Shown here one piece after another: positions 55,601 through 64,000 of a stretch of DNA of 64,000 nucleotides. Source of the DNA: a virus (lineage: Duplodnaviria > Heunggongvirae > Uroviricota > Caudoviricetes). The stretch's first letter is position 1. Every line of letters begins with the position of its first letter. The stretch lies in the IMG/VR virus record IMGVR_UViG_3300029998_000014; one strand, given 5' to 3'. The notes under the pieces were generated by a model. That model did not search any database. It was not told the origin of the DNA and saw only the letters and a program-made list of their open reading frames with translations. Position numbers and translations under genes: made by a program.

Positions 55601-58600
55601 ATGGCATTACCAATAATAAATTTATCAATAACTAATTCTATATACGGGATTCCTGAATCAGGAACCCTGTTATATGAATATGCTCCTTTTTATAATTTAT
55701 TGAATCCTAGTGCAACTGTACCTGAAAAATCTCTTTTACCGTTAAGATTAGATGCTGATGTAGCAAAAGTAAATATTGATCATCCTATAGCGATTACTAC
55801 TGAAGTATCTTATGATGATTCAGTAAATATAATAGTTACGGATGATGTTAATCCTCCTAAAATCATAAATTCTAGATTCTATTTGACAAGTTCAACTGAA
55901 TATAAAATTGCAGATAGACATGGTAACTTAGACACAAATATTTATTCAGCTGACAATTTTAAAATTGAAGCAAGTTTAATAAAGAATACTAATAAAATTA
56001 CTACTATTGATTTTTTAGGAATTAAAGATGGTGGTAATATGAAAGTTGGAAATTATACTTTTTATTTTAAATTAGCAGATTATGATGGAAATGAATCAGA
56101 TTTTATTGCTGAATCAGGAAAAGTAATATGTCACATAGGAACAGTAAATTCACCTAAATCAATAAGAGGAGGTCAATTAGATGAGAATAGTAATAAAGTT
56201 ATTAAATTTAGATTAAACAATTTAGATTTAGCTTATGATTACATTAATATATATTATACAAGATCTACAGGTGATGGAGATTCTGAAATAGTTAAAACAT
56301 ATTTTATTGAAGACAAATTTAAAATTGTAAACAATAATACTGAAATTTCTATTACAGGTTATGAAAATCATACTGAAATTACAACAGATAGTATTAATAT
56401 TAAATATGCAAATTTTGATTCAGTAAAAACATTGGCAACTTGTCAAAATATTTGTTTTGCTGGAAATATTACAAATAATTATGAAGTATTTAAAACATTA
56501 GAAAAGTATAGTTTATATGCTATACCTACTCCTATGTATGATACTAATGGCATTGGATATTTAGATGAAAATTATAATGAAAGATATCCATTTATAGGAA
56601 ATGAATATTTTAATGCAAATAATATATATTATAAATTAGGATATTGAGATGAAGAAGTTTATCGATTAGGAATAGTTTATATTATGAATGATTATACATT
56701 ATCTCCAGTATTTAATATTAGAGGTAAAAAAGTTATTAATGAAAATACAATATATTCATATCTTCCTAAAATTGGAGATGATATTAATTATGGAGATGAT
56801 TATTTAATCGAAGGTACTGATGAAAATGTAAAAGGTGTATTCAAAATAGATATGACTGAAAAGTCAATGATGAATGGAACTTTATCAATTAAACCAATTG
56901 GTTTAAAAGTATCATTTCAAAATGATGAACTTGGAAATAGTGTATTAGAAGGATCTGATATAATTGATGGTTTAAAAGACATAACTAAAGGATTTTTTAT
57001 TGTTAGACAAAAAAGAATTCCTACTATATTAGCTCAGGCTGTAGGTATATCTACATCAACAAAAGCATACACTCCAACTTTAAAAATTGTAAATAACAAT
57101 TATAAAGAAGATATTAATGATGCTCATTTTGGACAATCTTTCTTAACTACAACTAATAGTCCTACAAATAATTCAGGTAAACCTAAATTAGGAACAAGTT
57201 TATTTAAAGTAGATGATATTAATCATAATGCATTACTTTGTCCAGAAGCTACTTTAAAAGTAAATACATTTAATTCATTTTTTAATTCATCTGAATTCTT
57301 ATTAAGAACTACTAAGTATACTCGTTCTAATAAATCATTTATAAATAATTCCAAAGATTATTTAAATTTAATATTAGAAAATACTATTCCAAAAGTATCA
57401 GATGTTACAGAAATTAATACCCCAATTACTTTAATTGAACCAGGTATTGAATTAATTAAAAATAGTAAATTCTCATTTAGTTCACAAGCAGGTAATGATA
57501 TTGATGTTTCTAAATATGCAGATCCTAAATATGGAGCATATGAAGATTTAGAAAATACAGTTACTGATGATAATGTAAATTATACATCTACTAAAGTTAG
57601 AGGTATATTTAATACTTATTTAGCAACTGAATCAGATGCTATTGTTGATGGTGAATACTATAATATTTTTCAAAAAGATTATAATTTTAATGTAAGTTGA
57701 AAAGATTACTTTAAAATAAGATATAATAATTCTTCTCCATTTTTTCCTATTACTGATAGAATTGAATGAAGTAAATTATCTGGAACTGACTCAAAATATA
57801 TTAATAATATTTTTAGAGGTGATTGTTATATAAATACAGTAACTCAAAGAATGACTTGAAATTTTACTGATGGTGAAGTTCCAACTAATAAAAAAATTAT
57901 AGATCCTTGAACTTGATATAAAAATTTTAGAGTTATTAATAAAGCTTCTACAATTGTTAAGTCAGGTGGAACAGATGGAACACTTACAACTGAATCATTA
58001 TCGTATAGAAAACTTTTACCCGTTTTTACTTATAGAGGAAACTTTGTTGCATCATTCTCAGGAGAAACTAGTGATGGAGAACCTGGAAATAATTCAATAA
58101 TTGAAGCTGATGGTAAGAAGTTCAAAAAGTATTCTGAAATTAATGGATTATTTGGATCACAGAAGATTAATAAACCTGATGTTAATGCAGTTCCTTTAGG
58201 TTATTGAGTTACAATTAAAGTTTGCAGTAATACTAATTTAGCAATGAGAGATGTAGATTTTTCAAATCCAATGGAAGAAGCTGTTCATAAAAAGAAAAGA
58301 GGATTCTATCCTTATCATTCAATTGATATGCAAGATAGTTTACCTGAATCTCATATAATTAATGGAGGTATTAGTAAATCATTAGGAGATAAAAATTATT
58401 TTGAAATCCCTGATGTTCCTTTTATCAAAACTTCATTTACAAATAGAATCAATTATTCAAATAAATTACAACAATCATCATTTGTAAATGGAACTCGTAT
58501 ATTCGAATCTCCAAATTATCAAGATTATACTCTTGAACATGGTGAACTTGTAAAATTAGAGGAATGATATGGAACACTTATTGCTGTTATGGAACATGGA

Positions 58601-59860
58601 GTATTAATGATTCCTGTAAACGAAAGAGCAATGATGACAAATGCACAAGGAGATAATGTATACATTAATACTGATACAGTACTTCCTAAAAATCCTAAAG
58701 TATTATCAAATACATTTGGATCTATGTGAGCAGATTCTATAATTAAAACATCTAAGTTTATTTACGGTATTGATACTGTTGCTAAAAAGATTTGGAGAAC
58801 TAATGGACAACAATTTGAAGTTATATCTGATTTGAAAATTCAAAAATTCTTAAATGATCATATTAATTTAAAAGAATCTGATTATGATAATAGTATAAAT
58901 GTAAATTTTGTAAAATCACATTATAACGCATTTAAACAAGATGTTATGTTTGTGTTTAAATATAATAATGTATCTTGACATTTATGTCATAGTGAACTTA
59001 CAAACAAATGGGTTACTCAATATACATGGTTTCCAGAATTTTCAGAAAATATAAATAATATTTTTTATACCTTTGCAAATACAGAGAAGCATGAAAATGC
59101 ATCTAATTACTTGTATAAACACGGATTTGCGGGATTCGAAGAAGAGCAAGGAACAATTCTTCCAACTTATTGGTATGATGCCCAATATCCATTCGAATTT
59201 GAATTTGTTGCTAATGGAATTCCTGGAGTTCAGAAAATATTTAATAACTTAAAAATTATATCTAATTTAGCAGAACCCAACTCATTTTATTATGAAGTTG
59301 TTGGCGAAGGATTTGATTGGAATAAAGATAAAGATTTAATATTAAAATTAAATAACATCACAATAAATAATGTTAATGGAGTTAATTTAACTGGAATCAC
59401 AGATTTAGATGAACGCTATAGACTTTATTTAATTGCAAAACCTTTAACACCAAAACTTCCTTATATTATTACACAAAAAGATAGTAATTCTAATAGTGAA
59501 TATTTTGATATTAATTTACCAAATTCATTTTATGGAAATTTAATACGTACTAAAGATATAAGTATTAAAGAACATAATAAAACTAAAGAAAAATTAGTTA
59601 ACAGTTATCAACAAGGTTTAAACCTTAAACAATTTGGTAGAGTAAAAGGTAATATGCAATATATGGAAGATTCTTGAGATATTCAAATTCAACCAATTAA
59701 TTTTACTTATGCTTATGTTAAAAATAATGAATTATTATTTACTAAAGCAAATGAAATGAAAATTAGAGATAAATATATTAAAATACGAGTAAAATATGAT
59801 GGTACACAATATGCAGTCATTAATGCTCTAAGAACATTATTCACTATAAGTTATGCCTAA
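55601..59860 (+). CDS. crAss-like muzzle / tail stabilisation protein (1419 aa)
   Basis: Joins four in-frame ORFs. GNYTFYFKLAD, GIDTVAKKIWRT, QKIFNNLKIISN, RDKYIKIRVKY. Confidence 0.75.
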
Positions 59861-60992
59861 AGAATTAATTAAAAAATATCAAACACCATCTGGATCTTTA
59901 CAACAATTAAGTTCTAAGAATTCATATTTATCTACAAATAGTCTAGATATAAATAAAATTATAAAAGGACTTAATAAAAACTTAGGTATGAATGCAAATG
60001 GATCTACTATTAAATCAGGTTCAACACAAATCCCAGGAGCAGCACCCGCTGCTTCTGTAGGATCTGAAATACTTGGAGAAGCTCCACAACTATTAGAAAC
60101 TGGATTACAAGCAGCAGGTTTAAAACGTGCTGAAACTGGCTCAGATTTAGAAGAGGGTACAATGGGACTTATGGATAAAGGAGCTGGTATGATGCTTAAA
60201 TCTGGTAATCCTGCATTAATGGGAATCGGAGCTGGTCTTACTGCTCTTACAACATTAAATAAATTTGCAGGAACTACAGCTAAAAAGCAAGGTACTACTG
60301 GATTAGATACTGGAGCATATTCATTTAATATGAATACTAATGCTGGAAAGAAACAGACTTTATTAGGTACTTGAGCTGGTAAAACTAGAAATGCTAACAA
60401 TTTGACTAAATATGATGATAAACAGAATTTACTTGCGGGTAATTCTATGTTTCAAAGTAAACAGAATATGTTAGCTTCTGCGAATTCATTTGGAGACATC
60501 GCTACCAAAAATCAACAGAAATTGTTTGGAGGTATAACAACTAATATATTAGCTGCAAAACGCGGAAGTAAACTACAAATGACTAATATTAAAAATCGGG
60601 TTAATTATTCTTTAAGAGTTAAACCGATCATAGAAGTAATTGAAGTTCCTGAAATAGATGTATTTGAAGATGGTGGTAAATTTAATGTTATACCTGATGG
60701 AGCATTACATGCTAGAAAACACGATCTGCCAGAAGAAATTTCAGAACAAGTTACTGATAAAGGTATTCCGGTTGTAACAATGGATGAAGGTGGTGCTATA
60801 ACTCAACACGCAGAAATTGAACTTAATGAAATCATTTTTAATAAAGATGTTACAGACAAGTTAGAAGAGATGTTTAAACAATATAAAGATGGAGATGAAG
60901 ACATAGCACTTAAAGCTGGTAAGTTGTTAGTTTATGAGATATTAGAAAATACTCAAGACAATACAGGACTTATAGAAACTGTTGAAGCTTAA
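59853..60992 (+). CDS. crAss-like cargo (ejected) protein (379 aa)
   Basis: Gly/Ala-rich helices, GGKFNVIPDGALHARKH and QHAEIELNEIIF motifs. Confidence 0.65.
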
Positions 60993-61075
60993 TCTTTGTA
61001 ATTAAAAATTTAATCAGTTTATAGATATTATATGGAAAAATTATTATACTTTTGTATAATATCAAAAAATAAAAT

Positions 61076-61723
61076 ATGGGTTATAAGAAAGAATCTAAAA
61101 TATGTGAACATTGTGGAGCTGAATTTCAAGGGATAAAAACTAGAAAATATTGCAGTCAAGAATGTTCACATAATTCTAGAAAATTAAGAAAGATATTAAT
61201 TTGTGAAGAATGTAATAAAGAGTATGAAGTTCAAGAATATAGAGATTCTAAATTTTGTTCGCATGAATGTAAAGTTAAAAATAAAAGTTCAGATATAATA
61301 GCAATACAATGTACTAATTGTGGTTCAAATTTTAATAGAAAAGAACATCTTATTAATTCTACAAATAATTTCTGTTGTAAAAAATGTTCAGAAGAATACA
61401 CAATAGGTAAAAATCATTATGAATGAAAAGAATGTAATCATATTGAAGGAAGAAAAGACGCATTTAGAAAATGAGGAAAATTAGTAAAAACTCGAGATAA
61501 TTATACTTGTCAAAATTGTGGTAATTCTGAAAAAACTATACAACATGCTCATCATATTATTCCAAAATCAATTGATAACTCATTAGAATTTGATGAAACT
61601 AATGGAATAACTTTGTGTATATATTGTCATTATATTGCTCATGATGGAGATATAAAATCTCAACGATTAATTAATGAATATATAAAAAATTATGAAATAT
61701 ACAATATCAAATCAAATGAATAA
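61076..61723 (+). CDS. HNH endonuclease with N-terminal Cys-rich repeats
   Basis: Three CxxC...CSxxC-like repeats, then RDNYTCQNCG...HAHHI...NGITLCIYCH after TGA read-through. Confidence 0.8.
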
Positions 61724-61952
61724 TATCCAAAGTTTTAAATCGGGTGGTATTCATATTAATCCTGCAAATAAAGGAAAATTTACTGCAACTAAAAAGAAAA
61801 CTGGAAAATCTACAGAAGAACTTACACATAGTAAAAATCCATTAACGAAGAAACGTGCAATTTTTGCTCAAAATGCAAAAAAATGACATCATGAAAATGG
61901 AGGAATTTTAAATAGTATTATCCCTGAGATATTAACCAAATGAAAGAAATAA
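61692..61952 (+). CDS. Small basic crAss-like protein
   Basis: GGIHINPANKGKFTA...KRAIFAQNAKK-W motif. Confidence 0.6.
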
Positions 61953-62518
61953 AAATAGAGATTGGTAATAAAGAATATACGGTTAAACTTGCTGAATCTG
62001 ATGAAGATCATGATAAAGGATTACAAGGTGTAACTGAATTACCTGAAAACGAAGGAATGTTATTTATATTTAATGAGCCTGATGAGATTTCTTTCTATAT
62101 GAAAGATACTCATATTCCATTAGATATAATTTTTATAGATGAAGAAATGAACGTTATATCAGTTCATGAAGGAGTACCTGAATCAGAAGACTTAATCACA
62201 GAACAAAATGTGATGTATGTGTTAGAATTAAACAAAGATTCTGGAGTTAAAGAAGGTGATGAACTAGAATTCAAACCTGATAATAAACTAAAATCAGATA
62301 AAATGCACGTGTTAGATGCAGAAGGAAATTCTCAAATGGAATTAGTTGGTGGTGAAAGAATATTTAGTCGGACACATACTAAAACATTAATTAAGTTTGC
62401 GAAAAAAGCTGCAATAACTAATAATGATAATGATTACAAAACATTAGGTAAAAGAATGTTTAAGTTTTTACAGGTACAGTCTGAAACTGATCCTGAATAT
62501 GTAAAATCCAAAAATTAA
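61940..62518 (+). CDS. DUF192-domain protein
   Basis: KGLQG...EGMLFIF...FYMKDTHIPLDIIFID. Confidence 0.8.
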   Translation: MKEIKIEIGNKEYTVKLAESDEDHDKGLQGVTELPENEGMLFIFNEPDEISFYMKDTHIPLDIIFIDEEMNVISVHEGVPESEDLITEQNVMYVLELNKDSGVKEGDELEFKPDNKLKSDKMHVLDAEGNSQMELVGGERIFSRTHTKTLIKFAKKAAITNNDNDYKTLGKRMFKFLQVQSETDPEYVKSKN

Positions 62519-62526
62519 TAATTAAA

Positions 62527-62823
62527 ATGAAAGTAAAATTTTTACAAGAAGGTGGAGCAGCTCCTGCTCCAGAACAAGGTGCAGCTCCGGCAGCAGCACC
62601 TGCAGAAGGTGGACAACAAGGTGGTGGAGCAGAAGAACAAGTTGCTCAAATGGCACAACAAATTGTTCAACAATTAGGACCAGAAGCAGCTGCTATGTTA
62701 GCACAAATGATCATGCAAATGCTTCAAGGTGCACAAGGTGAACAAGGTGGAGCTCCAGAAGCACAAGGTCAACCTACTTACCAAAGAAAAGGCGGTAAAC
62801 TAGTATTCGTGGGCAGAAAATAA
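62527..62823 (+). CDS. Small Gln/Ala-rich crAss-like protein
   Basis: MKVKFLQEGG...RKGGKL motifs. Confidence 0.65.
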   Translation: MKVKFLQEGGAAPAPEQGAAPAAAPAEGGQQGGGAEEQVAQMAQQIVQQLGPEAAAMLAQMIMQMLQGAQGEQGGAPEAQGQPTYQRKGGKLVFVGRK

Positions 62824-62832
62824 GCCTACCTT

Positions 62833-62866
62833 AAAAGGGAAGCAGTAAAAAACCTGTTTCCCTTTT
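62833..62866 (+). terminator. Intrinsic terminator
   Basis: AAAAGGGAAGCAG-taaaaaac-CTGTTTCCCTTTT. Confidence 0.7.
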
Positions 62867-62893
62867 ATTGTTTAATTTAAAAAAATTATAAAC

Positions 62894-64000
62894 ATGGCAT
62901 TAGTAAGAAAATTACAAACGGGAAGTAAAGCTCCTGATCCAAATAATACTCCAAAAGATTATTCTCAGGTAGAAAAGGCATTATACGATAATTTGTATTC
63001 GATGTCTTCTAAAGAAGCTAGAAGAGCTAAGCCTGCTTACGATCAAGTAGCTGCTCTTGTAAAAAGTGGAGCTATGGATAAAGCTTTAAAATTTAATCCA
63101 GATCAAACATATAGTATTGACACATCTCAACTTCCAGAAGAATTAAAGAAATTCAACTGAACAGGTCATGACGAACCTCTTAGTAAAGATATGTTAGGAT
63201 TAGGTGTTAAGATTAGAGGTAATGATGCTGATAAAGAATCACTTAGTTCAGCAATGAATGCACTAAGAACACACATAGAGTCAACAAATTCTACTACAAC
63301 TCCAACAGCGCAAACAGGGTATTCAAAAGAAGTACAAGGTTTAACTAATATTGTATCAAATAAACATTATCATGATGATGTTAATGCACTTGCTACACAT
63401 TTAAATACTTTCAAAACTAATGATGAAAGAAAAGCTAGAGTATTAGGTTGGGCAAAAGAAGGAGTTGATGATTATTTAAATGATTACACTAAGAATAAAG
63501 ATTCTTACGATTATAAAGATTACGATAATGCTCAGGCATTAAAACTTGCTTTAAGTGAACCAAATCCTAATTGGGATAAAGTAACTGAGAAAGCATATGC
63601 ATTAGGTTGGAAAATGAATGATTATTTGATTCCACCAAAAACACAAACTGAATTAGATGCAGAAAAGAAAGCTGCTGATGATGCAGCTGCTTTAACAGCA
63701 GCAACTGCTGCAAAAACTGCACCAGTAGTACCAACACCACATAAACCACAAGCATATATTCGTAAAACAACTACAACTTATTTTCATCCAAAAGAAAAAC
63801 CAACTGCTACAGGTAGTGGTAAAGTTGGAGATATGTTATCTGGAAAAGGATCTACAGCAGATTATTTAGATGCTATTGCATTAGGTGGAGATGTTGTAAG
63901 TTTAGGTGGAACCGCTGCCGGACTTGCAGGAGGTTTAACATCAACAGCTGCAACATTAGGTTCAGATATATTACGTGGACATGGATTTGGAGAAACTGCT
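62894..64000 (+). CDS. Large crAss-like cargo protein, N-terminal part (runs off the window)
   Basis: MALVRKLQTGS start; frame open to the end after TGA 63158. Position matches the large ejected-protein block. Confidence 0.6.

Noticed and set aside
1-64000. TAG=Gln (code 15) or TGA=Gly (code 25) recoding; CRISPR array
   Set aside because: TAG ends several complete genes, TGA aligns with conserved Trp motifs, and no repeat-spacer array was seen.

Overview
AT-rich phage DNA in which TGA encodes Trp (translation table 4). The supplied code-11 ORF track therefore fragments most real genes; the coordinates below are my TGA=Trp reconstructions. Two genomes are nested. (A) The late-gene region of a crAss-like (Crassvirales) phage spans 1-10794 and 41401-64000: terminase, portal, holin, tail fibre, lysozyme, major capsid, ring, muzzle and cargo proteins, plus four free-standing homing endonucleases. 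(B) A complete, circularly permuted 28,661-bp temperate HK97-type siphophage sits inside the crAss-like tail-fibre gene. It has a large serine recombinase with an intact attP-like site, a Bacteroidales AlaX tRNA-editing gene, replication and nuclease genes, and head, tail and lysis modules. It is flanked by a 1,945-bp direct repeat (10795-12739 and 39456-41400) that is a tail-fibre segment shared by both phages. This is either a real single-crossover cointegrate or an assembly join through the shared repeat; sequence alone cannot decide. The small phage is also TGA-recoded in nearly all replication, morphogenesis and lysis genes, has no visible tRNA, and keeps its integrase module readable in code 11. 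TAnnTTTG promoters and the AlaX gene point to a Bacteroidota host. No rRNA, tRNA, CRISPR array or reverse transcriptase was seen.
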